Notes: generated from the letters alone by a model not told the origin. A stretch of DNA of 64,000 nucleotides from Nitrospirota bacterium (GCA_963737155.1 CAVTRN010000002.1:2848001-2912000); one strand, 5' to 3'. Positions 52,806 to 63,338 are shown, numbered from the stretch's first letter. Program-made: numbers and translations.

Positions 52806-53915
52806 TACATAGCGCAATAAGTAATTGCGTATTAATAAAAAATATGATATCCTGTATTCATGAAACCATTGACCATTACCGATGCATCAACCATTGTTCT
52901 TGGATTACAGGATGAAATCCGTCGCTCGGAAGAGTCACGATACGACCACCGACTACATGGCGTATTGCTAGTCGCCCAGGGAATGAGCTGTCCGGAAGTT
53001 AGCCATCTCCTGGGTGACTCGCCTCGAACTGTGGAATATTGGGTCCGACGCTTTGAAGACAGAGGACTGGCTGGCTTGGTAGAAGGAGAACGATCTGGCC
53101 GCCCCCGACGCTTGAACGATAAGCAGTTGGAGGAAATCAACACGGTACTGCGGCAACCGCCAGAGTCTGTAGGAATAGCCAGTGGCCTCTGGGATGGCAA
53201 AGGGCTGGCCGCCTTCATTAAGAAGCGGTATCGAATAACATTAGGGGTTCGGCAGTGCCAATACATGTTTAAATCCTTTGGTTTTCGTCGGCGTAAACCG
53301 CGTCCTCTGATTGCTCGGGCCGATCCCGAACGTCAGGAAGAATATAAAAAAACTCAGAAGGCTCGTAGCCGATAATAAAATCGATCTGTGGTCGACTGAT
53401 GAAGTTCATTTTCAGCAATATGGATCACGCTGTCTGATGTGGGTACCTCCCGAACAGAAGGACCCTGTATTGTTGCACCATCCCACTCGCAAGAGCGTGG
53501 GTTATTTTGGAGCTATCCGTCTGCGTGACGGGAAATTGGCTTTTCAGAGAGAGGAGAAAAAGTTTAACGCCGTGACGTTCCATACATTTCTCAAACATCT
53601 CCGGAGGATAAGTTCCCGAAGCGGTCGTCGCGTCGTTGTCATAACAGATAATGCCAAATACCATCATGCCAAGCTCCATGCAGATTGGCGAAGCCAACAT
53701 GAGCCTCAATTCATGTTGGATTTTCTGCCTCCTTACAGCCCTGATCTAAACCCTATTGAGCGGTTATGGAAATTAACACGAAGGCTCTGTTTGCATAACC
53801 GATACTTCCCGACGCTTGAGGATGTTGTACGGTCAGTGGAATCAAGATTCAGGGTGTGGACATCGGGCAACGATATTGTCCGTAAATTATGCGCAATTAA
53901 TTAGTGCGCTGTGTA
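52806..53915 (+). mobile_element. IS630-family element, two-ORF frameshift type
   Basis: Imperfect TIRs TACATAGCGCAATAAGTAATTGCG / CGCAATTAATTAGTGCGCTGTGTA; TA duplication at 52804-52805 and 53916-53917. Confidence 0.92.
52860..53904 (+). CDS. IS630 transposase (HTH ORF plus DDE ORF joined by a -1 slip at the A7 run 53346-53352)
   Basis: ORF A carries the HTH. ORF B has STDEVH, ITDNAKYH, LPPYSPDLNPIE. TATAAAAAAACTC lies at the overlap. Confidence 0.9.
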
Positions 53916-54202
53916 TAATAAATGTCACAGTGAGATTTATCACCTGCGTTGTAAGCAACGATGAATAAAGACAGCAATGGCAAATGTGACGTCAATGCAA
54001 CTATAAATTAGCATAATGGTTATGCCGGAATGCGAGACTTTTCCTTAAATGCTGATTTTTTATCCACAGATTCTGCTGAGGAGCCATATTTTAATGTTAA
54101 ACTAATTAAACTGCGGGAAATAACATATCAAAGCAGAGAGTTTTGACGAGAGAACAATGGTCGAAGGGGTTGTCGTCAATGGAGCAAATACGTTGGGACT
54201 CG

Positions 54203-55366
54203 CTATTCGAGCGACAGGTCTTGCACCTGGCGCAGAACGTTATCCCGAATGCGGGAGGGGGGATCCTGGACAATCAACAGTTTCCCTTGGTCGAGCACCG
54301 GAAAAAGGAGATCGGTAAACACGCCACCGCAGGAGCATAAAATGTTCTCCAGTTCCATATTCGGTACGATCCTCCGCAGGCCGCATCGGGCGCATGCCAG
54401 GACACGTTTGCTTCCCGACCACTTGCCACGTTTTGCAAGCGGCATCCCGTCGATTTCAACAATGTCCATGGCAAAGTCGATGACCGGGGCATTGCTAATG
54501 GAAGTACCGATGCCATAACCATGAACGACAGGGTTCAGTACAGGGATATCTCCTTCGGTTATTCCCCCGCTCACAAAGAACTTCACGTGGCCCAAGCCGC
54601 GCAGATCAAGCTCCCACCGCGCTTCCTCGAGAATACGAAAGAAATCACCCCTGCGCGAGCCCGGCGTATCGAAGCGTACAGCGTACAGCTTTTCCCCTAG
54701 CGCCCGAGCCACATTCAATACTTCGAATTTTTCATCCTGGAATGTATCGATCAGCGCCACACGCTTCAGTTTCGGATCGAGGACTTCGTCATAAGCTTTA
54801 ATCGCTTCGAGAGTCGAGCCCATACACAATATCAGGGAATGGGGCATCGTGCCCATGGGATCCTCTCCGATCACTTCGCCGGACTTGACCACAGCGACAC
54901 CGTCGCAGCCGCCCACATAGGCATTCCGTTCAATCATGGGAGCAATTACGGGATGCATTCTGCGGGCGCCGAAGCTCATGACCAGTCGGTCTCCAGCCAG
55001 TTTTTTTATCCGGGCCGCCTGCGTGGAAATCCCCGAAGCCTGGCAGATCAGCCCGAGGAGCGCTGTTTCATAGACGCAGAAGTCCTGATACCGTCCTTCA
55101 ATTTCCATTACTGGCTCATAGGGATGAAAAACCGATCCCTCGCCCATAGTTCTTGTCTTGATCTTCAAGTGCCGCATGAGCTCCACGGCCTCACCAATTC
55201 CAGTCAGGAGCGCCCATCGCCAGTTTTTTGGAAGACTCTTTGCTATGAATTCAGCTTTTACGACTGGGTTGATTTTTTTCGCTTTCAGGATGGCAAGGGC
55301 CCGTTCGAAGTATACATCGGTGACATTTCCTGCAAGAATATCTCTTGTGTCAGCAGTAAGAAACAT
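54203..55366 (-). CDS. pncB: Nicotinate phosphoribosyltransferase
   Basis: TDVYF, SFGARR, GTMPHS, LIDTF, VRFDTPGSRRG, VSGG, GIGT. Confidence 0.9.
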   Translation of the reverse strand: MFLTADTRDILAGNVTDVYFERALAILKAKKINPVVKAEFIAKSLPKNWRWALLTGIGEAVELMRHLKIKTRTMGEGSVFHPYEPVMEIEGRYQDFCVYETALLGLICQASGISTQAARIKKLAGDRLVMSFGARRMHPVIAPMIERNAYVGGCDGVAVVKSGEVIGEDPMGTMPHSLILCMGSTLEAIKAYDEVLDPKLKRVALIDTFQDEKFEVLNVARALGEKLYAVRFDTPGSRRGDFFRILEEARWELDLRGLGHVKFFVSGGITEGDIPVLNPVVHGYGIGTSISNAPVIDFAMDIVEIDGMPLAKRGKWSGSKRVLACARCGLRRIVPNMELENILCSCGGVFTDLLFPVLDQGKLLIVQDPPSRIRDNVLRQVQDLSLE

Positions 55367-55420
55367 AGAGCCTCCCTTGTAGAGGTTCGTTGAGTGTAGG
55401 GCACGAATCAAGGCTTGATT

Positions 55421-55984
55421 TCAAGCAGCTTTCTTTTTCCGGCTCCCTGCATCACGGGGGTTCCTGACCAGCTTCACTCCCATTACGTTTTTCATGATTC
55501 TGAGAGCTGCGTCATGATCTTCTTTCCTGATACCCGCGATCCCGTTCTCCACGACAGTAACAGCGTAATCGCGGAGGACCGCATCGGAAGCAGTGAACAG
55601 CACGCAGATGTGGGTCACGTCGCCGGTGAGCGTGAGGGAATCAACGCCGATATGCCTCAGCGTTTCGTCAAGGTTCGTCCCGAAAAATCCAGAATAAGTC
55701 GTTTTGAGAATTACGATGTCGCTTTCGGCCGGTTTCAATTCTTCGACGACCTCAGCACCCTTGCTTCCCTTCACCGCATGGGCGGGCCAACCGAATTTTC
55801 TGAACTCTTTGTCGTCGGAGACATGAGCATCACAGATGAAGATTACCGGCTGTCCCGCGGCATGAGCGTCATCAATTTCGCGCCTGATGACCGGAATGAT
55901 GGTCCGCGTCTCCGGAACCTCCAGTGGCGCGCCCGGAAGAACGAAATCGTTCAGCATATCTATTACAAGCAAGGCTTCTTTCAT
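55421..55984 (-). CDS. pncA: Isochorismatase-family hydrolase, probable nicotinamidase (copy 1)
   Basis: IDMLNDF, CDAH, WPAHA, KTTYSGF, THICV; in operon with pncB. Confidence 0.85.
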   Translation of the reverse strand: MKEALLVIDMLNDFVLPGAPLEVPETRTIIPVIRREIDDAHAAGQPVIFICDAHVSDDKEFRKFGWPAHAVKGSKGAEVVEELKPAESDIVILKTTYSGFFGTNLDETLRHIGVDSLTLTGDVTHICVLFTASDAVLRDYAVTVVENGIAGIRKEDHDAALRIMKNVMGVKLVRNPRDAGSRKKKAA

Positions 55985-56135
55985 GAGATATCACCTCCTT
56001 GCATATTCGCTTACTTTACAAGTTTATCAATTCGGTGACATTTCCTGCAAGAATATCTCTTGTGTCAGCAGTAAGAAACATAGAGCCTCCCTTGTAGAGG
56101 TTCGTTGAGTGTAGGGCACGAATCAAGGCTTGATT

Positions 56136-56699
56136 TCAAGCAGCTTTCTTTTTCCGGCTCCCTGCATCACGGGGGTTCCTGACCAGCTTCACTCCCATTA
56201 CGTTTTTCATGATTCTGAGAGCTGCGTCATGATCTTCTTTCCTGATACCCGCGATCCCGTTCTCCACGACAGTAACAGCGTAATCGCGGAGGACCGCATC
56301 GGAAGCAGTGAACAGCACGCAGATGTGGGTCACGTCGCCGGTGAGCGTGAGGGAATCAACGCCGATATGCCTCAGCGTTTCGTCAAGGTTCGTCCCGAAA
56401 AATCCAGAATAAGTCGTTTTGAGAATTACGATGTCGCTTTCGGCCGGTTTCAATTCTTCGACGACCTCAGCACCCTTGCTTCCCTTCACCGCATGGGCGG
56501 GCCAACCGAATTTTCTGAACTCTTTGTCGTCGGAGACATGAGCATCACAGATGAAGATTACCGGCTGTCCCGCGGCATGAGCGTCATCAATTTCGCGCCT
56601 GATGACCGGAATGATGGTCCGCGTCTCCGGAACCTCCAGTGGCGCGCCCGGAAGAACGAAATCGTTCAGCATATCTATTACAAGCAAGGCTTCTTTCAT
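56136..56699 (-). CDS. pncA: Isochorismatase-family hydrolase, probable nicotinamidase (copy 2, identical)
   Basis: Identical translation to 55421-55984. Confidence 0.8.
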   Translation of the reverse strand: MKEALLVIDMLNDFVLPGAPLEVPETRTIIPVIRREIDDAHAAGQPVIFICDAHVSDDKEFRKFGWPAHAVKGSKGAEVVEELKPAESDIVILKTTYSGFFGTNLDETLRHIGVDSLTLTGDVTHICVLFTASDAVLRDYAVTVVENGIAGIRKEDHDAALRIMKNVMGVKLVRNPRDAGSRKKKAA

Positions 56700-56821
56700 G
56701 AGATATCACCTCCTTGCATATTCGCTTACTTTACAAGTTTATCAATATGGAATGCCATTTGCAAGTGAGAGGCTGGTTGTATGGCGGCAATCAGGGAAAA
56801 ACTGTTCGACGTTGATCTACT

Positions 56822-57063
56822 CATTGATACAGGATAAACCATGCGCGCACTGCTCAGGCTCTTTAGAGACCGGAATCCCGCGAGCCTTGTCATCGACGTT
56901 CCGCTAGATAAGACGATGACGTACAAGAAGTCGATTGATGTTCCCGTTGCATACAAAGGGTTTCAAAGTTCCCGATGAATTTATGGCCGGTTAGCGAGCT
57001 GGGCAGCGGGAGCAATATCGGAACTTTCCCTGTGTAACAGTTCTTGAAACGGATGCTGAATAA
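56822..57063 (+). pseudogene. hpt: C-terminal remnant of hypoxanthine phosphoribosyltransferase
   Basis: IDTG*TMRALLRLFRDRNPASL..LDK...DVPVAYKGF-KVPDEFMAG*...EQYRNFPCVTVL parallels the Hpt motifs IDTGLT, NPASL, LLDK, GFxIPDEFVVGYG, YRNLP. Confidence 0.8.
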
Positions 57064-57138
57064 AATACCTACCCAAGTTATTTCTACCACTGCTCCTGGT
57101 TCAAGAAAACGCATCGCTTTTTGTTCCGCAGTCGATGG

Positions 57139-57762
57139 TTACACTCTCATCCTCCACCGCGGGATAAATCGCGGCACCAGCATCATATACTGCCGATACT
57201 GATTACCAAAATTCTTCAGAAAGCGTCGTTCTTCTATGAACATGCCGAACAGAAAATAAAGGTCTGCAAGACCCGTAACCATCAGTCCGTTGACGGTAAT
57301 ATGAGGGTTGCAGGTGAAGACCACCAGCCCAGAGAAATAGAGAGGATGACGGACGATCCCGTAGACACCGTTCGTAACCAGCCCCTTCTGCGTCTGTCCC
57401 TCAATATTTCCGGTTACCTCATTGCGGGAAACATATCGCCAGATCTGTTTGAAACCCATGAATTCCCAGATATCCAAATATTCAAATGCAAGCGATCCGA
57501 AGACGAAGCCTGCGATCCGAACACTGTACATAATCCAGTATAGCCATAGGGGGGCTGACCAAAGCTCCTGATCCGGCAACCGGTGAATAAAGGAAAATGC
57601 GATGACTGCAGTTGCGAAACTGACGGTATTGTAGAAGGCACGGTAAAAAACCCGCATAAAGGTATCACCGAAAAGGCTCTTGCAAACATGCTTGAACTTT
57701 TGCGTGACCGTTATGCTGTGGATTAAGGCGAAGACCAGGAAAATGAGGGTGACAGAAATCAT
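57139..57762 (-). CDS. Membrane methyltransferase, ICMT/NnrU/MddA-like
   Basis: FALIHS, GVYGIVRHPLY, EERRF..FG..YRQY...VPRFIP. Confidence 0.85.
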   Translation of the reverse strand: MISVTLIFLVFALIHSITVTQKFKHVCKSLFGDTFMRVFYRAFYNTVSFATAVIAFSFIHRLPDQELWSAPLWLYWIMYSVRIAGFVFGSLAFEYLDIWEFMGFKQIWRYVSRNEVTGNIEGQTQKGLVTNGVYGIVRHPLYFSGLVVFTCNPHITVNGLMVTGLADLYFLFGMFIEERRFLKNFGNQYRQYMMLVPRFIPRWRMRV

Positions 57763-57901
57763 GATAGAAAAGGTGCAAGGATCATGATTCCAGGCTCTAC
57801 GCCGAATTTTGAACTCTGCACCTTAGGCCTTAAACTGCTTTTTTCACTCCGTACATTGTCTTTATTACTCAAAACCATGAATCCTGTCCAAGTATTTTAT
57901 T

Positions 57902-59461
57902 TTATTCGCCTCTGATCAACTCTGCAACAGCGCGTTGAATTTCGTCCATCCGGTCATACGCCGCAATTCGCACATCATAGTCGCTGAACTGGTCAAGAAC
58001 ATAGGGGCTGTCGAAGGAAACGAGAGCTGTTTTCCCTCCTAATTCCCGAGTCGCGTGAAGGATGCGGGCCGCTTTCTCACGAAGCTTGTCAGTGATCCCC
58101 GAACGCCCCTTGGACGCCGTTATGCGGGAAAAGAACGCCAGAACTGTGAGGTCCGCCGCCCGAACGCTGTCCAGAACAAGGGATTCAGGCGTCTCCGCTC
58201 CCGGTGTCAGGACTAGCACGGTCAAATTTCTGAAACGGTCCCGCATAGCATGAATGAAGACGTTCCCCGATTCAGTATCGTTGTCATCATCGAGAATGAA
58301 GCAGGCAATGCCTACGTTCGAGGGCAGACTAAGCTGCTTCTTATTACCAAATTCAATGTGTAATGCCTTTCGACCAATTTCCCTCGCAATGGCTCCGTGC
58401 TTGCGGTAATCGATCTGGGGCACCACGGCGCTGGTTTTATCGAAAAGACCCAGGCTGATCTTGGCTGCCCTGATCCGATCGCAAGACTCTCTGATCCGCT
58501 CCCTAGTCAATCTCCCCTGCTCCACGGCAGCCACAACCGCAGCAATGGTCGCATCAGCATCAGACGGATGAAGCAGGATATCCATTCCAGCTTCCACAGC
58601 TCGTACGGCTATCTCGCCTTGCGAATAGGAACCTGCGAGTGCGCCCATGTCAAGGGCGTCAGAAACAATCAAACCATTGAATTCCATTCCTTCCCGCAGA
58701 AGTGCTGTGACGGTTTTTTTCGAGAATGTTGTCGGTTTTTCCGGGTCGAGGGCAGGCACGAGTAAATGAGCGATCATAACCATTCTCACACCGTCTTTCA
58801 CCGCTTCCCGGAATGGCGGGAGCTCGATCTGGTTTAGCCGCTGTCTCTCGGCCTTGATTACAGGCAAAACGGAATGGGAATCCTTGTCTGTGTCTCCATG
58901 TCCTGGGAAATGCTTGGCGCAGGCTAGAAGCTTAACCCTGCCTCTTCCCGAGGGTTTTTGCAAGCGCTTGATGTATTGTGAACCAAACCATTCAACAATC
59001 TCTGGTTCATCGCCGAAAGCTCGGGTGCAGATAATCGGGTTATCCGCATTATTGTTTACGTCTAGCACCGGCGAAAAGACCGCATGGATACCCGCGGCGC
59101 GCGTCTCGATGCGGACTGCGTCGAGCATGTGATTCAGAAGATCAACATCTTTTTTTGACCGACGGTTTATTGCAGAAGCTACCGCGCGCTGGCCCGGGAA
59201 CCGAGTACCCCCGACCAGTTGCTGACCAAGCCCACGCTCCACATCTGATGCTATCAGGAGCGGTACCTCCGAGAGATCCTGAAGCAAATGCAACTGTTTC
59301 GGCGTCCGTTCAACGGAGCCGCCAAACAGGATGAAACCACCGATCCCGTTCTCTATCAGTTCCTGCACTTGCGGTAGATACCTAGCGTCGCTGAGCTTCT
59401 CACCGTCGAGCCTCGGCATCACCATCTGGGCGACATCCTGGCGCAATGATTGTGTCGTCAT
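57902..59461 (-). CDS. Glycoside hydrolase family 3 beta-N-acetylhexosaminidase (NagZ-like, two domains)
   Basis: SDVERG, SPVLDVN, KHFPGHGDTDKDSH, IVSDALDM. Confidence 0.9.
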   Translation of the reverse strand: MTTQSLRQDVAQMVMPRLDGEKLSDARYLPQVQELIENGIGGFILFGGSVERTPKQLHLLQDLSEVPLLIASDVERGLGQQLVGGTRFPGQRAVASAINRRSKKDVDLLNHMLDAVRIETRAAGIHAVFSPVLDVNNNADNPIICTRAFGDEPEIVEWFGSQYIKRLQKPSGRGRVKLLACAKHFPGHGDTDKDSHSVLPVIKAERQRLNQIELPPFREAVKDGVRMVMIAHLLVPALDPEKPTTFSKKTVTALLREGMEFNGLIVSDALDMGALAGSYSQGEIAVRAVEAGMDILLHPSDADATIAAVVAAVEQGRLTRERIRESCDRIRAAKISLGLFDKTSAVVPQIDYRKHGAIAREIGRKALHIEFGNKKQLSLPSNVGIACFILDDDNDTESGNVFIHAMRDRFRNLTVLVLTPGAETPESLVLDSVRAADLTVLAFFSRITASKGRSGITDKLREKAARILHATRELGGKTALVSFDSPYVLDQFSDYDVRIAAYDRMDEIQRAVAELIRGE

Positions 59462-59889
59462 GTCGCCTATTTTCTCTTTTTCTCCGGGCCATTGCAAGCT
59501 TTTTTATTTAATACCATAGTTGGTAAACCGCATTCATGTTTCAGTATATCAGACGTTCCAGATCGATTTTGAAAGTCGAAGGCGAATTCATCCGCGCAGG
59601 GTAAACGCCGCATCAACAGAAAAGCAGGTCGTTACGAGCATTGTCACCCGCACCGGCCATCGGGGGATAAAGAAGATCGTCAAATTTTTCGATACCAGAA
59701 AGATCATGAGGAAGGTTCGCGGTGCCTGCATCGATATCAGAAAGAGTTATTACATGGCAAAACCGTCACCAAACTTATCCTGACATCCTAACCCGCGCCT
59801 CGGCTTTCGATTTCTCCCTTTCCTCTTTTTCGCACCCATGATATACTAAAATCCGGGATGAACAGATTCGATCAGCAAGGGAGCATGCC

Positions 59890-60690
59890 GTGGATGAGAT
59901 GCTTTTTGACCATGATACCTACAAAACAAAAACACGCAGACTTTCCAGTGCAGCCCGCCTGATACCATCGCTCCTATTTTACAGTCACCTACTAAGGATC
60001 GTCAGACAGGCCAGCAAACAAGCAAAACAAGGCCGGTATGACACCACGGAATGGTCCGCAAGCAGCCTAGCGATTCTCCGTGCGCTTGAGCAGGTTGGAA
60101 TCAGCGTAGAGATCTCCGGAATCGAACACTTCCGTGCTGTTGCCGGTCCCTGTGTTTTTATCGGCAATCACATGAGCACACTGGAGACCTTTGTCCTTCC
60201 TGCGATCATCGCTCCGATCAAGGATACGACCTTCGTCGTCAAGCAGAGTCTTGTGGAATATCCCGTTTTCAAATATGTGATGCGTTCAAGAAATCCCATC
60301 ACCGTCGGTCGGTCTAATGCACGCGATGACTTGAAAACCGTCTTGGAGGGCGGCGTCGACCGGCTTAAGCTAGGCATGTCAATCGTCATATTTCCACAAA
60401 CAACACGGACAGCGGTCTTCGATCGGGATCAATTCAATACTATCGGGATCAAGCTTGCCAAAAAAGCGCACGTACCGGTAGTCCCTATAGCGCTCAAGAC
60501 CGATGCCTGGGGAAACGGCAGATACTTCAAGGATTTTGGCAAGATCAATCCGGCGGTAACCGTTCACTTTGCCTTCGGGGAGCCGCTTACAATCAAGGAC
60601 CGCGGCGTCGAAGAGCATCAACGGGTCATCGATTTCATAACAGGAAAACTAGGAGAATGGGGCGGGGAAAATCAAAACCGCGTGCTGTAA
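59890..60690 (+). CDS. plsC: 1-acyl-sn-glycerol-3-phosphate acyltransferase family
   Basis: NHMSTLE (HX4E variant), IFPQTTR, VPVVPIA. Confidence 0.82.
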   Translation: MDEMLFDHDTYKTKTRRLSSAARLIPSLLFYSHLLRIVRQASKQAKQGRYDTTEWSASSLAILRALEQVGISVEISGIEHFRAVAGPCVFIGNHMSTLETFVLPAIIAPIKDTTFVVKQSLVEYPVFKYVMRSRNPITVGRSNARDDLKTVLEGGVDRLKLGMSIVIFPQTTRTAVFDRDQFNTIGIKLAKKAHVPVVPIALKTDAWGNGRYFKDFGKINPAVTVHFAFGEPLTIKDRGVEEHQRVIDFITGKLGEWGGENQNRVL

Positions 60691-60702
60691 ATCCTCAAAA
60701 CA

Positions 60703-60728
60703 AGAGGGGCACATGATCGCGCCCCTCT
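60703..60728. terminator. Stem-loop between convergent plsC and FKBP genes
   Basis: AGAGGGGC-loop-GCCCCTCT. Confidence 0.6.
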
Positions 60729-60784
60729 GTCCGTTTGCAAATACCTGTCTGTGTCCGATCATCTTTCAGCGTCGAGCGTTCATG

Positions 60785-61492
60785 CTATTTTTTCGCCTTC
60801 GCCCCCACTTTTATCAGTTCAACTTCAAAGATCAGTGTGGAGTCTGGCCCAATTGTCCCTCCGGCACCCCGTTCGCCATAAGCTAGGCTCGAAGGAATAA
60901 ACAATTGCCACTTAGATCCCTCCTTCATCAGCTGCAACGCCTCAGTCCAACCTTTGATCACGCCGCTCACCGGGAATGTCGCCGGTTGGCCACGTTTATA
61001 GGAGCTATCAAACTCGGTGCCGTCGATCAACGTCCCGCGGTAATTGACCGTTACCATATCCGTTGCTAAAGGAGACTTGCCTTTCCCCTCAGTGATGATT
61101 TTATACTGAAGACCGTCGGGAAGGGTCTTCACCCCTTCTCGTTCCTTGTTCTTGGCGAGGAATTCTTCTCCTTCCTTCTTGTTTTTATCCGCCTGGGCTT
61201 GCGCCTTTTCACGCATCTTGGCCTGGATATCCTTCTGAAGCGCCATAATCATTTCACGGGCTTCGTCTTCGGTTAGAATCGTCTTCTTGCCGGCCAAACT
61301 GTCCCTGATTCCCTGTACAAGCGCATCAACGTCGATATCAATTGCATTCGTTTTCAGGTTAGTGGCCATGTTCATCCCAATCGCATAACTGGTTTTTTCC
61401 TTTTGTGTTTTTAACTCCGTTTTCTCCTTTGCACATGCCGGGCTCACAACGAGCGCCATGCACAACGAAAAAATTACCACACGTGCATTCAT
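60785..61492 (-). CDS. FKBP-type peptidyl-prolyl isomerase (Mip/FkpA/FklB type)
   Basis: Signal peptide, SYAIG dimerisation domain, YRGTLIDGTEFDSS, VIKGWTEAL, LIFEVEL; RBS AAGGAG. Confidence 0.94.
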   Translation of the reverse strand: MNARVVIFSLCMALVVSPACAKEKTELKTQKEKTSYAIGMNMATNLKTNAIDIDVDALVQGIRDSLAGKKTILTEDEAREMIMALQKDIQAKMREKAQAQADKNKKEGEEFLAKNKEREGVKTLPDGLQYKIITEGKGKSPLATDMVTVNYRGTLIDGTEFDSSYKRGQPATFPVSGVIKGWTEALQLMKEGSKWQLFIPSSLAYGERGAGGTIGPDSTLIFEVELIKVGAKAKK

Positions 61493-62025
61493 ACAATCTC
61501 CTTTTCCTGCTGAAATATTATTTCGGCACATGCATGAGCGTAATCGCACTTGCTGCCCCGAATATGCCCGTCGGCACATTGTCGCAAGACTATCAGCTTT
61601 GCCAGTGTTTGTCAATGATTGCAGTGTAACAGTACGGCAGGCGGGCAGAAATCAACTATTCCAAAACAGCGTCTCCAGCTGGCACAGGAGGAAGGACAAA
61701 TTTCTTAGACCCATCCCGCTTTTTCTCTCTGCTATGGGAGAAAAGCTTGATAATCGCAGGCCGCCGTGATCATTCAGATGCATCCCGACCAGCGATCTTT
61801 TTTTGTAAAGTGTAAATATTCTCATCGGCCGGATGCTGGGGCTTCGGAGTTCCCGTATGACTTGCAGACACTGGAATACACTGCCTTCAATGACCAAGAA
61901 TCGTGGTGGCCACGGAAAAGGGATATTGACAATTACCTAAACATTCTCATTATTCAATGCGTTTTTGAGATAACCTTCCCCATAGATTTCCAAAATGATT
62001 ATTTTGAGCAACCCTACTTACAGGG

Positions 62026-62062
62026 AAAATAAAGGTCCTCCCGGAACAAGTGCGGGAGGACC
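62026..62062 (-). terminator. Probable intrinsic terminator
   Basis: GGTCCTCCCG-loop-CGGGAGGACC followed by TTTATTTT on the minus strand. Confidence 0.7.
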
Positions 62063-62245
62063 AAAATTTGTCATATATGGGATAGAATAAACCCCAGTAG
62101 CTAAGGTAGAAAGCCTTGCTTAGTCGGGGAGTTATCTTTTCATTGCGAAATCAGCCTATATCAACATATTGGAGGTTCTCACACTTAATCCTGAAGCGAC
62201 AAAATAAATAAAATATAAATAGTCAACGGCCCCTTTGCGTGATCT

Positions 62246-63313
62246 TCAGAATGAATAACGCACCCCTAAGGATGCTGTGTAACGCGGCGCAAGTTGTACC
62301 CCATTAAGATCTTGATAAACGGGCACTTGAAAGAAGCTATATATTGCAAACTGCTGACTGACAGACACAGTGATGCCGGGGCTGATATACAGCAATGTTC
62401 CACCAGTATTAATTTGATCCGCATTCGCTCCTTCATCATGCACAATGTATCGATAATTAAACTGAAGCAAGGGGGAAAGATTAGAAAAACCTGAGTAGAG
62501 TAAACCTAGTGTAAGGTTGAGTCCTTCACCCGGCTTGTATTGATCTCTTGAGTCCAGCGCTTTTTGATAGAGCGCCTGGGTGAAGTAGCTCACATTCTGG
62601 CTTAGGCCATCGGTATAATACACACCAACTATGGCATCGGTAGTGCCCGTCCCGGGTTGAAGACCACGATCTATAGGGACTTGGCCAGGAGCGGTTGGGT
62701 CAGTCGACGTAGCAGTATCAGTGTAACTTCCGGTCGGCAGCTTGAAACCAAAAAGAAATCCAATGTTGCGCCGTTGTGTCAAGCCCTGGTAACGACCCAA
62801 TACTTTTATATCGCCGATACTTGAAGTATGCGAGTTGTACTGCCCTCCTCCAGGCCCTGGGGTGTACCCATCCGATTCTGTTCCGAGTGTACTATGGTTT
62901 CGATTGATCCATGGTACTTGAACATTCACTCCCCAATCACTGCCAGTGGTGTAGTCGATTCCCATTGTGAAATAGTTGTTCACCGTGTATTTCTCGATTT
63001 CCTCGGTGCCACCTGTTTGGGGATCAGGAATTTTGCTAGCGACTGAAGGATCAATTGTTTTCGTTCCGCTCCGCAACTGATCCTGATCCAGATAATCCCA
63101 ACGAAAATCCATCTTTAGTCCTGGTGTACAAGAGAGCTGTTCGTTTTCCCAATCGGAACTCAATGTACAGCCACAACTTGCACAGGCCCTTGCATCTCTT
63201 GAAGATAATAGCAAGGTGCTTGCAACAACGATCAACGCTGCTATACTTTTAAACAAAGTTCGTCTAAATCTCGTAAGTTTAACTTTCCGAGAGAGGTGTC
63301 TTTTTACCTGCAT
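62246..63313 (-). CDS. Outer-membrane beta-barrel (MetA-pathway/transporter-like) with N-terminal CASCGC motif
   Basis: Signal peptide ending ARA-CASCGC; GDIKVLGRY, GFKLPTG, LQPGTGT; C-terminal GVRYSF barrel signal. Confidence 0.75.
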   Translation of the reverse strand: MQVKRHLSRKVKLTRFRRTLFKSIAALIVVASTLLLSSRDARACASCGCTLSSDWENEQLSCTPGLKMDFRWDYLDQDQLRSGTKTIDPSVASKIPDPQTGGTEEIEKYTVNNYFTMGIDYTTGSDWGVNVQVPWINRNHSTLGTESDGYTPGPGGGQYNSHTSSIGDIKVLGRYQGLTQRRNIGFLFGFKLPTGSYTDTATSTDPTAPGQVPIDRGLQPGTGTTDAIVGVYYTDGLSQNVSYFTQALYQKALDSRDQYKPGEGLNLTLGLLYSGFSNLSPLLQFNYRYIVHDEGANADQINTGGTLLYISPGITVSVSQQFAIYSFFQVPVYQDLNGVQLAPRYTASLGVRYSF

Positions 63314-63338
63314 GATGAAGTCTCCTTTTTGATTAGTA

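Larger units (their letters stand above)
52706..54085. mobile_element. 268-bp MITE (IS1595-like ends) interrupted by an IS630
   Basis: 25-bp inverted repeats GCCTCCTCCGCTGAATCTGTGGATA / TATCCACAGATTCTGCTGAGGAGCC (22/25), flanked by an 8-bp direct repeat ATATTTTA (52698-52705, 54086-54093). Confidence 0.85.
55317..56746. repeat. Perfect 715-bp tandem duplication (55317-56031 and 56032-56746)
   Basis: Identical 187-aa ORFs offset by 715 nt. The unit starts TCGGTGACATTTCC and ends AGTTTATCAAT. Confidence 0.95.

Noticed and set aside
56925-57040. Long imperfect hairpin suggesting a riboswitch or ncRNA
   Set aside because: Better explained as hpt pseudogene sequence.
59520-59783. 87-aa ORF between GH3 and plsC
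   Set aside because: TTG start without RBS and no motifs.
61630-62032. Short ORFs between FKBP and the barrel gene
   Set aside because: No RBS or recognisable homology.
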